Positions 50,187-62,926 are shown, numbered from the stretch's first letter. The stretch is DNA of 64,000 bases from Octopus bimaculoides (GCF_001194135.2 NC_068992.1:37086725-37150724), one strand, 5' to 3'. Numbers and translations are program-made. The notes: generated by a model from the letters alone, not told the origin.

Positions 50187-50760
50187 GCTTTTACCAGATT
50201 ACAAATTTAAAGCAGTTTTTTCCCCATAATTCTGAGCTCAGCTAGTTTAAAACTGTTTTTCTCTTCATTTGCCTCTTTCACCCTTTTGTCAGTTGTTTCA
50301 GCTCTTTTCTCAGTTCAGTGATTTGATACTACCTCTTACTGAGACCATACAGTTTCTAAATTTTTTTTCCTTTATGCCAATGGTATTTTGATATGCCTGG
50401 AACACAACTTGCTTCATGGTCCTTATCTTCCTGGTTACATCACTTTTCAGAATATTGTCCAGAATGATGTGCATATCTTCATTCAACTGAGCTCATCTTT
50501 GATTTGCCACTGGTGGAAAATTCAGCTATGCTATCTTCTTAAAATCCTCTAGGCTTTCTGATTCTTCCTACACTCTGAGGAAGTTGATCAGAAAGATCAT
50601 AGATACTCTGGTTTGCCACCTTGCCCCAGTTTGCCTTCAATCGACAAACCATTCTAATACTCTAGGTGGTATCAGGTGTTTTGCATTGTTGTAGTTTCTC
50701 TTAGCACTTAACTTTGCTTTGATGAGTTTTCACACCATGTTCACTCTTGAATATTCTACC
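49070..50760 (-). mobile_element. Degenerate REL-type (R2/NeSL/Hero-like) LINE, pre-RT and RT region
   Basis: VRAEVEKAWAGYSP...KFFKNC; QV*EILLNSKGEIFWS (QFRxIxLLNVEGKIF-like); GV*GFSGCLEH. Confidence 0.7.
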
Positions 50761-51469
50761 ATAGATGTTGCATCTCCTAGTTTTATCCTCCTGTCCTGCT
50801 ACATCCAATCTTGTAGTCCTAACATACCCCTTCACTTTCCCTCTCTCCACTCTCCTTTTGCACTACCTGTTCACTCACCCCCCTAATACTCTGTATAACT
50901 TCACCTTTGTTCCCTACCTTGTACCTTGAGGGTACACCCTGACACATGTTCACCACCAAATTCTCCCGTCCTCTTTCTCTCTAACTGGGGTATCCAAGTA
51001 TCTCCTCCACAACAGGACATCTGTTTCTGTCCTCCTATCATAGTTTAACCTCTCATAAATCACCTCCTTCAATACCACTCCCCTCTCAGTTGAGGTGCCT
51101 TTATCATTCAAGTAGAAAAGTACAAGGAGGTATGAGAAAGTTTAATTCTCCATAATAGATGGATGGATATAAAAGTTTTGAAGGTTCTTGGATGTAAAAG
51201 ATTAAGGATATATAAAAAGTTTATGGATATAGAGGTAGATGTAAAAGTAAATTGGTAAATAAATAAGTAGACAGACAGAAAGGCAGGTCAATGGGTGGAT
51301 AACTGGATGGATGGATGGATAGATGAATAGATGGATAGATAGATAGATAGATAGATAGATAGANNNNNNNNNNTAGATAGATAGATAGATAGATAGATAG
51401 CTAGATAGATAGATAGATAGATTAGCCTAAATGTGACATGTGACTTGTTACTGGGTGTTACAGCTTATC

Positions 51470-51960
51470 TTGTTAGCACTTCTGAATCAACAATTCTTCA
51501 TCAGGCATTCTTAATTCTTATTTGTTCTTGTTCTTTGCTGATGATGGCTATTATTAGCACTGGTTAATGATCCTGGAAGCAAGAGATGTATTTCCATGCA
51601 TCCAACTCATTATGGCAGTTCAGGATAGGTGCCTTCTTCCTAATGAAGTATAACTCTATGATTCTGAGGTTAACTGCATCTGTCTCCTTGCCAGTATCCA
51701 GGTGGAGAAATTCCCATCACAGTGTTGGTGGTATTGAAACATGGTGCTGGGTGGTGCAGCCTTGTGGAGATGTTCCTTCACTCTAAGGTGAAGTTGTCTT
51801 CTGGTTGATCCTATGTATGTTGTTCCACAAGAGCACATCATTTGGTACACTACATTGGATTTAAAACACAGCCACATGCTATCCATTAGCTGTATTGTTC
51901 TGATTGGACAGTGGTTTAGGCAGCATGCATTCGGCATGTTATTGGTGTGTGAGAGCATGT
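51470..51960 (-). mobile_element. Penelope-like GIY-YIG fragment and 3' region with degenerate hammerhead-like motif (51472-51508)
   Basis: KSNVVYQMMCSCGTTYIGSTRRQLHLRVKEH; downstream CTGATGA A GAAT tgttg ATTC AGAAG. Confidence 0.75.
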
Positions 51961-52161
51961 CTAAGCATGTGGCCCAATCTCATGTGTGTGTGTACATATA
52001 TATGCAAGCAATGTGATTAAGAAGTTATTTTATCAACTACATGGTCTCAATGTTAGTTTTATTGCAGCACCTTAGACATGTGTTTTCTACTATAGCTTCA
52101 GGCCAACCAATGCTATGCACTCTGAGTGAATAAAGTAGATATATACACGTGTGTGTGTGTG

Positions 52162-52195
<34 letters not shown>

Positions 52196-52312
52196 AGAAT
52201 GTTTATATTTTCCAGTTTACATGAAAAAGCAGTTGATAATTCTATCAACAAAGTGTCCTCTAGCTCAATGTTTTCAAAGACTAGTGGAATGAAAATTCCT
52301 ATACTTGATATA

Positions 52313-53220
52313 TGAGGTGGTATCAAAAGGTTCCCGAACTAGGTATGTTTAACAAAAAATAACTTATTTACTTCAATTTTAACATCATCTCCTTCAAAAT
52401 AATCACCTTGCCCAGCAATACACTGGTCCCAGCATTCTTGCCACTTTTGGAATCCCACCTGGAAGTCATTTTCCATAAGCAAGTCGAGGATCTTCTGTAA
52501 TTTGTTTTGAATCTTGGAAACATATTAAAATCACAACCTTTCAGCTGCATTTTCATCTTGGGGAAGAGATGGAAACCTGCAGGTCCTAAATCTGGTGAAT
52601 AGGCCAGGTGCAGAAGTGATGCCTTGTTGGTTATAGTGAGAGACTCATAAGTGAGGATAGCATGGTGACAGGGTGCATTGTCATTATGAAGAACCCAATT
52701 CTTCACACTCCACAGATCTGGTCACTTTTACCAAATGTCCTCCCGCAAAAGCTTCAAAACATCACAGTAGAACTCACAGTTGATGGTCTGGCTCAATGCA
52801 CAATACTACATTTCCAGGGGTGACATTTGTGGCAGGTCTTCCAGATTGTTCATCATCTTCCAGGGATATTCTTCCACTTTTGAAGTGCCTGTGCCACTCG
52901 AATCATTGTCCCATTACAATCCATTGTCCCAGTACCATAAACTTGTCAAAGCATGCTCAATGTATCTGTAGCTAACTTCTCAAGTTTTAACACAAAATTT
53001 TACATTGGGTCTTTATTCCTGTCCATGACAAAATCACAGACTACAGCATACATGTGATCACAAAAACACAAATTTCACAACTTGTAAAGTAAACACTGTG
53101 ATGTCACTCAGCACACTGCCTCATGAGGGTCACTGCTGGCTCTCACTGTGCATGCAACAGCATGCTGCCATCTGTTGGCACACTACAGAACTAGTCAGAG
53201 AACTTTTTGATACTATCTTG
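52313..53220 (-). mobile_element. Internally deleted mariner with both TIRs
   Basis: TA-flanked TIRs TGAGGTGGTATCAAAAGGTTCCCGAACTAG / revcomp CAAGATAGTATCAAAAAGTTCTCTGACTAG; WVLHNDNAPCH...YSPDLGPAGFHLFPKMK. Confidence 0.88.
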
Positions 53221-53427
53221 TACAAGTAAAGATTAGCAATAGGAAAGGCATCTGGTTATAGAATAATTCAGTAATATATAATAATTAATGTTATATGTGG
53301 CTATAAGAGAAGGATATGAATTCTACTTCGCAGCATATATCTACGAGTCTCGATGGGTATAAGATAAGCAAAAGCGCAGCTTGCTTGCATATCCGAAGCC
53401 ACTCACATATATATGCCTGGGTATACC

Positions 53428-53491
53428 GACACTGATGACGGCAAAAAGGTAAAGTTTTTTTTATTACTTTAAGCCCGAAACACGATCATGT
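53428..53491 (+). ncRNA. Degenerate hammerhead-like motif
   Basis: GACA CTGATGA CGGC...TAAAGT/ACTTTA inner stem...GCCC GAAAC ACGATC ATGT; stems I and III imperfect. Confidence 0.4.
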
Positions 53492-53659
53492 ATGCAGTTA
53501 ACCAAAGTTGTAATTCATTTTCTTTCTTCTACTAGCCTATATGTAGTGTGTTTTTCTCGGAGAATTTAAGGTGGCAATAGTGTCTTTTGACATCTAGTTT
53601 TCAGTGGTGAAGCGCAAGCCAAACCCTTGTTATAATTATGAATACAATTATAATATATA

Positions 53660-53699
<40 letters not shown>

Positions 53700-54038
53700 T
53701 GTGTGTGTGTATTCCATAATACCATTCCTACATTTCTTTCCATCACCTTCCATCCCTCCCCACCAGATACACACAGAAATGCCCACATATCCCAATCAAC
53801 CTTCTCATTGGTCAAAATTGGTAAGCAACCCTCACTTAAATGTCCATTAATGCTATTTTGCCCAAAGAAATGACTGCATGAACATGATCTATCTGGTGTT
53901 CAGGGATACTATGTCTGTACTGTAATCATTTCAGGAATGCAGACTATGATCTTAAAAAACATGTAACTTGTGGAGATGCATGTACTGATGCATTAAAATA
54001 TTTATGAATTCCATCAAAGGATTATTATTGTTATTACT

Positions 54039-56895
54039 TGTTGTAGCCTTGGTCTCCAAATGTATTGTGACGGATGGTTTAGATACACTGTACCAGTAGT
54101 AACAGTAAACAAGATAACTATGTAGCCATAATAACAATGTAACGATCCAACAATCTATTCACAAACCAACACTCAATATTCCAAATGAACTAACCAACTT
54201 CTGACTTCACTATGAACTCAACTCCAACTAACACACAAACTTCACTTCAACTGCTACTATTTATAATCACTCAGTCCAATATATTTCTCGCAAGGGGGCA
54301 TCATGTCTTTCATCACATCTTTTTTACAGCACCTCTCCCTCACACTTTTTAAAAAAATTTAATATGTTTTTCATTTTGGCATTATCTCTAAGCACTCGTT
54401 TCCTTTTTCTACTGCTACGTCTATGAGGCTCAATCTCTTTTGGTACTGACACCTCAAACATGTCATAGCAGACTTCTATTAGTATTTCCTTTCGTTTTTG
54501 GGGATGGGTGGTAGGGTGAGATAAAATATGTTTTATTGAATGTATTTTGAAGAGATTTTTGAATTCACTACCCGTAAATTGTGTTCCATTATCTGATACC
54601 AACATGTCTGGAACACTGTATTGGGCAAATACAGGAACTTTATTGCTGTTTTGCAGTTGGTTTATTGCACCTGCATACCTCTGGCCACTTTGTACTGCTA
54701 TCAACAACGATTAGATAGTATGTGCCATTCACCAGTCCAGCATAATCGATGTGTATCCTGGACCACAAGCTATCCATCTCAGGCCACAATTAGTATTTCA
54801 TTGGTGGTGCTTTGGCTGCTAGCACACAAGCTCTACATGACTTTACACAATTTTCAATGTCCTGGTCCATTGTTGGCCAATATACATAGCTCCGCATTAA
54901 GGCTTTCATTCTCAACATTCCTGGGTGTCTACTGTAGAATTCATGCACTTGTTTCTATAGTGCAGTTGGCACTACCACTCTTTGTGCATACATTAAAACA
55001 TCATCACATAGTGAAAAATTATTCAAACTTATATTTTTATTTTGCTTATTTTTCAACATTTCTTTCATTCTTGTAATGTAATTATTCTCTGTGGATTTCA
55101 TTTTTATATTATGCGCTGTCACTGGCAGTTCATGAATAACATTACACATCACGTTTTCAATTAATTTTTTTCTTCAATTCAGCTGCTGAGTTCTTTTCAC
55201 TGATGGGGCAGCCATTTAATTTTTTACAGTACTGGCTTATTGGGAGATCTCATAAATCAAATAATTCCAAATAGTTGGTACCAAACAGATTGGTTGCATT
55301 CTTTATGACAAAAACTTTTACCTTGCAAGTTTTTCCTTGAAATGTGACATTATTCCACATTTCAGCTACAAAGTGTAGTTTGTCCCCCATCACACCATGT
55401 TCAGTTTTTGCTGTTTTTCTTAACATAGGTTTACCTGTAATACATCTCAGTATTAATGATAGAAATGTCACTACCAGTATCCAGTTGTCATTTAATATTT
55501 ACTCTGTTTACTTTTAAGTGTACAAATTTCCGTATTTGGGAGTCAATTGGGAGCACTTTATATGTTTGCCCTTCATACTTTTGTTCTGCAGTGTGAACTC
55601 CTGTGTCGAAAGTTTTGACAACTGTAACATTTTTGATTTTTAAAAGGAGAATTTTTTCTGAAATGTAGGCCTCCACATCCGTAACATGGATTAGGACCTA
55701 ACAATCTTCTTTCGTTATACTTTCTTAGTCGACTTATCTGGACTTTTGCAAAATCCTTTTCTTGAGTTTTTCTTATGTTGTGTTTCAGACTCTCTATCCT
55801 TTGACACTCTTCTGCAACAGCCTTAGGGTTAAATCTTGGTTCGCTTGTTTAAATTTTGAAAGAATTCTTGCCTGTATTTCTGTATCATCATTTACTGTAA
55901 GGCCTTGTACAAAAACAAGGCACTTAAACATCTCAGGAGTAAGTTCTTTAAGTTTAAAACTTTCATACATTCTGTTGACTGTTCCTGCATACGTAATAAA
56001 GTCATCATCCTCTTTTTTAGTTAAATTCCAACACTCCATTCAAGTATTAAACAGAGAAGTTTTATCAGTGAACATATTAAACAGTAATTTGATTGCTTCC
56101 TGAAAGCAAATTTCACTAGACTTTTTGGGCAATATGAAATTACAGTATCATTCAAACTCAGACGGAACTAATTTATGCAATAATAACCTTACTTTTTGTA
56201 ATGTTGTTGTAATAATAACCTAACTTTTTCTTCATCCGACCATGTTTTGCAATCTTCCTTAAAAATCTCCTTTTACCTTCTGTAGTATGCTGCAAAATGT
56301 TATACACTCCTATGGGTTATAATTGAATTCTGTTATTGAGTTTGATACGCAGTCTGGTGAAAATGAACTTACCACATTTTTGGACATCTTTGCATATAGC
56401 TCCAATAATTGTTGCTGTTGTAGTTGTTGCTGTACTAATTGCTTCTGCAACACCTGTTGCTGTTCTTGTTGCTTTGTCAACTGTATTATAGAAGCTAATA
56501 GGTGTTCCATCATTTAGTAAGTTGTATCAAGAACAAATTGTTAAATAACCTACATGAGCTTCAAAACCCTAGTTACTAGAAGCTGTATCCTCTGTCTCCA
56601 AATGTTGCAGCAATGCCACAATATTGTGACGGATGGTTTAGATACACTGTACCAGTGTAGCAACAGTAAACAAGATAACGATGCAGCCATAATAACACTG
56701 TAGTGATCCAACAATTTATTCACAAGCCAACACTCAAAATTCCAAATGAACTAACCAACTTCTAACTTCACTGTGAACTCAACTCAAACTAACACACAAA
56801 CTTCACTCCGACCTTACCACATCCAACTGCTACTATTTATAATCACTCAGTCCAGTCTATTTTCACAAGGGGGCATCATGACTCTCATCACAACA
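54039..56895 (-). mobile_element. Internally deleted Ty3/Gypsy (Mag/K02A2.6-like) element lacking RT and RNase H
   Basis: TSD TTACT (54034-54038, 56896-56900); LTRs 54039-54329 and 56603-56895; PBS-like TGGAGACAGAGGAT; PPT GAGGGAGAGG; Q-rich gag, protease QLDTGSDISII, then integrase HPGMLRMKALMRSYVYWP and LVSDNGTQFT. Confidence 0.9.
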
Positions 56896-57007
56896 TTACT
56901 ATATTTATCTTACATATATCGGCATGGCATCATTAGACTGTAGCTGGCATAATAGAATAGAAGCTTTTATATGCATATTCAAAACATTTCCCGTAAACGA
57001 AATTAAA

Positions 57008-57104
<97 letters not shown>

Positions 57105-59059
57105 CAGATGAATATGGTACTTAGGTTGAGGCACCAGAATTTAGTACGGTATTATCCATACAATTTCAAAGTAAGGTGATTAAAATCAAAATAAGTAACA
57201 AGGATATCCAGAGGTAATGCAGTACAATCGTTTCATGTAACTCCATTTAATTGAACAACACAATCATTACATCAATTTAAAATGCAGAGCAATCCTCAGC
57301 TGCACAAAGACATAGAATTTAATTAAATTAGAACAGATGGACACATTAGTATAATTATACCTAAAATCTCCAAGAAGTTAAGGAGATAGACAAAGAACAT
57401 GTTGTCTCCACTTCACCATAGAAGTTACTAAATTATCAAGAAGACTCTGCCTGTCACTGATTTTTTTTATTTTTATGGGGTCAGTTTTAATTTATAGACT
57501 AATTTATCAAATCATTGTATATCTAAGGCTGAGAGAATAAAGGGTAGTATCTGTTAGGGGTAGGGCTGAGGGAGCGGACAGAAATCATAGTTGGTATAGT
57601 CATAAAAATTAAGATTTATTAGAAGCAGTATCATGAGGTTTGGTAAAGAAAAAGTTAAAACAAGATGTTAGTTGACAATTAAGTGGGTAGCCCACTAGCA
57701 GACCATTGATAAAGAAGCATGTAGTACTATAGTTAAATATTTTAAAACAATGTTGCTATATTGTATACAGTTAAGGTTTATGGTTAATTCAGAGGATTAT
57801 TAAGAAGAATATTATAACAAAAGGATAGAAATTTATGAATACTTTTGAGTATGTACCAAACTTTTACCACAAAAGAGGGAGGAAAAGAAATTATCCAGAA
57901 ATAGTTTAATATTTTTTATACATATTGTATACTTAAATACTAACTCATCAGATGGTATCTGTGAATATTTATTAATTGGTAAATACTGGTATTAATAAAG
58001 GAGTATTGAGGTAAAAGAACATGGTAATTATATATTAATAAAATTATAATATAAGCAGATATTTATAAGTAGTGAATATACCAGTATAGTTTTATATATG
58101 CTAAGTATGAATTTATAGAGATACAAAGATTAGCTTAATTTTATGAATAAATAAAGGCTAATTATAAAACAATAAAGAAATAAAATAAAATAATCAAGTA
58201 GGGCAGAACACCATAGAAAAGGAATAAAATTGATATATATATATATACACATATATATATATATATATCATCAGTATCATCACCATCAGTTAACATNNNN
58301 NNNNNNNNNNNNNNNNNNNNNNNNNNNNNNNNNNNNNNNNNNNNNNNNNNNNNNNNNNNNNNNNNNNNNNNNNNNNNNNNNNNNNNNNNNNNNNNNNNNN
58401 NNNNNNNNNNNNNNNNNNNNNNNNNNNNNNNNNNNNNNNNNNNNNNNNNNNNNNNNNNNNNNNNNNNNNNNNNNNNNNNNNNNNNNNNNNNNNNNNNNNN
58501 NNNNNNNNNNNNNNNNNNNNNNNNNNNNNNNNNNNNNNNNNNNNNNNNNNNNNNNNNNNNNNNNNNNNNNNNNNNNNNNNNNNNNNNNNNNNNNNNNNNN
58601 NNNNNNNNNNNNNNNNNNNNNNNNNNNNNNNNNNNNNNNNNNNNNNNNNNNNNNNNNNNNNNNNNNNNNNNNNNNNNNNNNNNNNNNNNNNNNNNNNNNN
58701 NNNNNNNNNNNNNNNNNNNNNNNNNNNNNNNNNNNNNNNNNNNNNNNNNNNNNNNNNNNNNNNNNNNNNNNNNNNNNNNNNNNNNAAACACACAATCCAG
58801 CAAGAAAAGTATTAAAAATAACTGTTAACAGATATGGATGTATAAATGCCCTCGGGCAAGTTGCATGGCATGAGTACACTTGTTCATACAAGCATCCGTA
58901 AAAATATGAGCATATACATGCATGAGGTTTGGTGCACTCATGATCACAAAGCAAGTTAGTTATTTACTTGGTGTTTATAAGAGTGGGGAGGTTAAAAGTA
59001 AGCTTAAGTCATCCATACCCTAAATTAAATTAAATTAAGTTAATGGTTGCTCAAAATCC

Positions 59060-60900
59060 ATTCTCACTGCATTGTACGAAAGTACATTTATATGCATGTA
59101 GGCAGAAATTCTATTAGTTATCTTCTCATTAGTCCACAGAATAGACAGGGATTCCTCAAGGCAGAGACAGCATCACCTGGATATTATATTGTATGGTTTT
59201 GCATAACTTACTATGGACCAATAAATGCTGTACTTCATTTTATCCACCTTCAGTCACCATACAAAATCTGCCAAAGATGTTGAATGACTCTTATTGATTG
59301 TCTTAAAGCTGGTAACATGCACACGAGAAAAATTCTTAAATGAATCAGCCATCTGCCCAATGTAAACATAGGGCCCTCCCCTTGTGTGCAGGGTACATTT
59401 ATATACAAGATTTGTACTCAAACAGAGATTCATCAAAGGGCATTTTGATTTATCACTGCATGAGCATTTATTGTATTTATTTGTATATAAGGCAGTCCCG
59501 ACTCCATTAACTGGCATTGTTACAATGTTAGCTGTACCATGAGTATTTCTACTACTACAAATTGGTCGTAGTTGGTGTTTATCAAATCACTGCCATATAG
59601 CATAGCTGTTCATACACTGTGTCCCACATTATTAGGCAAATCAACTCTCTCTCAATAAATAAATCATCAATGCAAATGTTCGCTAGATCCAGTAGGTGGG
59701 TTATTGAACCTTTGCCACATTTTGTTATTGTTTATGCAATGCATAAGCTGCTCTAAATTAGCAGAGTTGACATAGGATACCTTCACGGTGTGTCGATTAA
59801 AAATAGCACGATACCGATTAGATTTAGGAAAACACTTGTCCAAAGCAGCAAAAAATTTTCCAGCAATCTTGGTTAAAACATACAAACCAAAAATTGGGTT
59901 GAACCAGAGGACATCTTGATTTCTATATCTGTTGTTCAGCTTATTTGATCGAGTGTTTTGTACAGGATTGGAACAATCAGTTGAATTATTATGTCGCATG
60001 TGCCTATGAGTTTTCATTGGTAGTTCATTGATATGACCAATTCTTTCTGGCCTGTATTCTTTATCTGAGTGAGTTCTCAAATGGTAACATTGTGGTTGTA
60101 TACGATGTGCATCGCAGTTGTAGAAATAACCAGTGTTGCTTATGCCTGCTTCTTGTATGTATTGAATTTTTTCACAGTACCCAGCCCTAGCTAGAGCATC
60201 ATTATAAGAAGATGCATGAGATTCGAAAATTTTATTGGTAGCAGATAATCTAGAGATTCTTGTAGAAATATTCTTAACTAGTCTCCGTATAATCGAGGGT
60301 GGATGGTTGGATGCTACATTAATGTACTAATTTGATCATTTGGTTTATGAAATGGTTTAAATAATCCAGATTATCTTTACCTACAGTAATGTTTAGTCCT
60401 AAATTTTTGAAAAGTCTAAAGAAATTTTTACTATGCCTTTCTAACTGTACTTTACTACTTCTGTCTAGAAAAAAATAAGGCATCATCCCTATATAGACCT
60501 CCTGTTACTTCCGGAAAGAAAGACTGGATTAATGAAAGGATATATATTTCGACTAGGTCACTAGCCTGAGCAGAATCATGTGAGCCCATTGCTATATCAA
60601 ATGCATTTTCCCTGTCTAATCTATTCCATAATCTACTATCAAAATCTACTAGAGTGGCTCATGCAGCAAGTATAATATCTATTTTGCGTCAGGACAAATC
60701 GGAATTTTTCATGCTAAAAATCAGGGCTTAATTAAGAACAATCAGGTTGATAGTGGCATAATAGCTCTCCAGATCTAGTTGCAAGAATTTACTAGTCTTA
60801 TTAATTTCTAGAAGCTTGAGCCATCCAAACACTTCTTGGGTATCAGATCAGAGGGCTAATCAAATTTAGAAGAACAAATCAATCTGACTGAGGGGTCAAT
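59060..60900 (-). mobile_element. Most complete Penelope-like element in window (RT + C-terminal GIY-YIG), decayed
   Basis: IAMGSHDSAQASDLVEIYIL...GGLYRDD; VLWFNPIF...IFNRHTVKVSY; CSCSDKSKCPLMNLCLSTNLVYKC...YIGQ. Confidence 0.85.
59582..59664 (+). repeat. 83-bp exact copy of 62179-62261 inserted in the PLE
   Basis: TCAAATCACTGCC...CAATAAATAAAT identical at both sites. Confidence 0.92.
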
Positions 60901-61129
60901 AAGGAAGTTAGGTAAATACACACTCACTTGATATATGCATACATAGACATGGGATACATATAAACTCACTGTGTATGTTTTATACAGTTATGTCCATGTG
61001 GCTGTGTTAGATGTGTTTATCAATCTTAGTGTTAATCAATCTTGTTACAAATAAATATGTATACAAATGTTGTGTACCCATAGTATATATGAAACAAAAA
61101 CTCATTAAAAAATATAAATTTTGCAATAC

Positions 61130-61324
61130 TTCTTGAGTTTTCTTTCTTGGGACACATTTCTCTCGAGAAAGTTCTTCTTTGGTTGGAGTTTCAGTCTCTG
61201 CAACAATCAGGTGATGCGTGTCAATATCAAGATAGGTGTTACTGATGTATTTCATGAGTTGAAACATGGCAAGGGAATCACTGTAACCAAGTTTCATGTC
61301 AATACACCACAACTGTTGCTGCTT
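61130..61324 (-). CDS. Candidate internal exon (195 nt, phase 0/0) of unidentified host gene
   Basis: Acceptor ATTGTATTTTCCAG, donor GAA|GTATTG; only frame 0 open: KQQQLWCIDMKLGYSDSLAMFQLMKYISNTYLDIDTHHLIVAETETPTKEELSREKCVPRKKTQE; no TE motif. Confidence 0.5.
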
Positions 61325-61547
61325 CTGGAAAATACAATATTTTAGATAGCAAATGTATATAAAGTATAAACATATGAACTCATATATGAATGAATAATGT
61401 ACCTGTTTTTATGTATATAATTGTGGATACCCAAAAGAATCATAAATATGGTAATCATATGAAAGCATTCTTAATAGATACAGTCATTCATAATCACATA
61501 CTCATAACATATATACATAAAATCATCATATCTTAATCAATTCCACC

Positions 61548-62190
61548 TCATCATCATCATTTAATGCCCGTTCTCCATACTGGCATGGGTAAGACAACAT
61601 CAACCACTTTACAGAGTGTATGAGGTGCTTTTACATGGCATTGGCACAAGCACTTTTACATGGTACTATCATGGGTGCTTTTACCTGGAACCAACATGGG
61701 CATTATTTATGTAACACTGGCAAGGGTGCTTTTACATGGCACCAGGACAGGCACTCTTACATGTCACCAACATAGGTACTTTTATGTGGCACTGGCATGG
61801 GTGCTTTTATATAGCACCAGCACTCACGACCCTGAAAGAATAGGATCTCTTGACTGAGAGAGATGTAGAGGACATGTCTGTATGCATGAATACCCAACCC
61901 ATGATTTTACTTAGCTTAACATGTCTTCTCAAGTACAGTCAACAGTCAAACGTCTTGTCCCTCGTCATCCCATGTTTGAGGTCCAACATCTGAAGATCTT
62001 TTCTCGCCACTTCATCCCAAGTCTTCCTGGGTCTATCCCTTCTACATGTTTCCTCCACAATTAGAGATTAGTACTTCTTGATGCAGCTCCTTTCACCCAT
62101 GCATATTACATGACTGTTACCAACACAGTCTTCTCTTTTGCACACTATATCTGATGCCTTGTATACCCAGTTTTTCTCTCAAATCACTGC
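61548..62190 (-). mobile_element. RTE LINE 3' end with ~26-bp minisatellite in 3' UTR and (GAT)n tail
   Basis: LREKLGIQGIRYSVQKRRLCW; GGGTGCTTTTACATGGCACTGGCA-like units across ~61620-61820. Confidence 0.82.
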
Positions 62191-62211
62191 CATATAGCAT
62201 AGCTGTTCATA

Positions 62212-62740
62212 CACTGTGTCCCACATTATTAGGCAAATCAACTCTCTCTCAATAAATAAATGCATATTCATTCAAAACCAGTTAATTTTCCACAGACTGT
62301 TGGCAACAACTATCTGTGCTCATTCTGTTAAAATAAATTGGATCTACACAGATGCCAACAAATGGTGGTCATTTTTGTGATTGGGCAACATTTTCACTAT
62401 CCCAAATTATTAGGCAAGTATAATAAAAATGTTAATTGTGTCAGAACAAACATTTATTTAATTCAACAGTGAAGGTTTAACAAAAAAATTATTCCTAAAG
62501 GACTTAAAAGTAAATATAATAATACGTTCAAATGAAAATAATCATGGGATTATGATGTCATAGAGCTCCTAATGTTAGATGCATGACCCTCTACATGCAG
62601 TAACCTTCCTTATGCCCTGATCCATTGAATTTGTCAAGGTGATGATATCCTGTTATGTCATGCTTTGAGAAACATCTACAATAGCATCTCAGAGGGCAAC
62701 TTTACTTGAAAACGGCCATCCATCTTGGTAAGCACGAGTA
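62212..62740 (-). mobile_element. Tc1-like element right end with IR/DR-type terminal repeat and transposase C-terminus
   Basis: TA|CACTGTGTCCCACATTATTAGGCAA at 62212 and inner repeat CACTATCCCAAATTATTAGGCAA at 62395; YQDGWPFSSKVAL*DAIVD...LTNSMD. Confidence 0.7.
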
Positions 62741-62889
62741 GATGGAACATGAACTATTCTTTCAAACAACGAAAGACACAAATAGAAAACAAAACAAACA
62801 ACATAGAGAACGCCCCTTCATCAGTTGTTGCTGTTTTTATACATATATATATGGATATACACATATAAAATACATATATATATATATAT

Positions 62890-62926
<37 letters not shown>

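Noticed and set aside
57215-57310. GAAACGATTGTA segment on minus strand suggestive of a decayed hammerhead
   Set aside because: The CUGANGA half of the core is not recognisable.
58162-58954. Long ORFs of 167-223 aa (also 20618-21165, 3052-3416, 41882-42245)
   Set aside because: Open only because they cross N-gaps.
61620-61820. Regularly spaced ~26-bp repeats (also ~60-bp units at 42700-43000) resembling a CRISPR array
   Set aside because: Degenerate tandem units without unique spacers, inside RTE 3' UTRs in a eukaryotic context; no cas genes.
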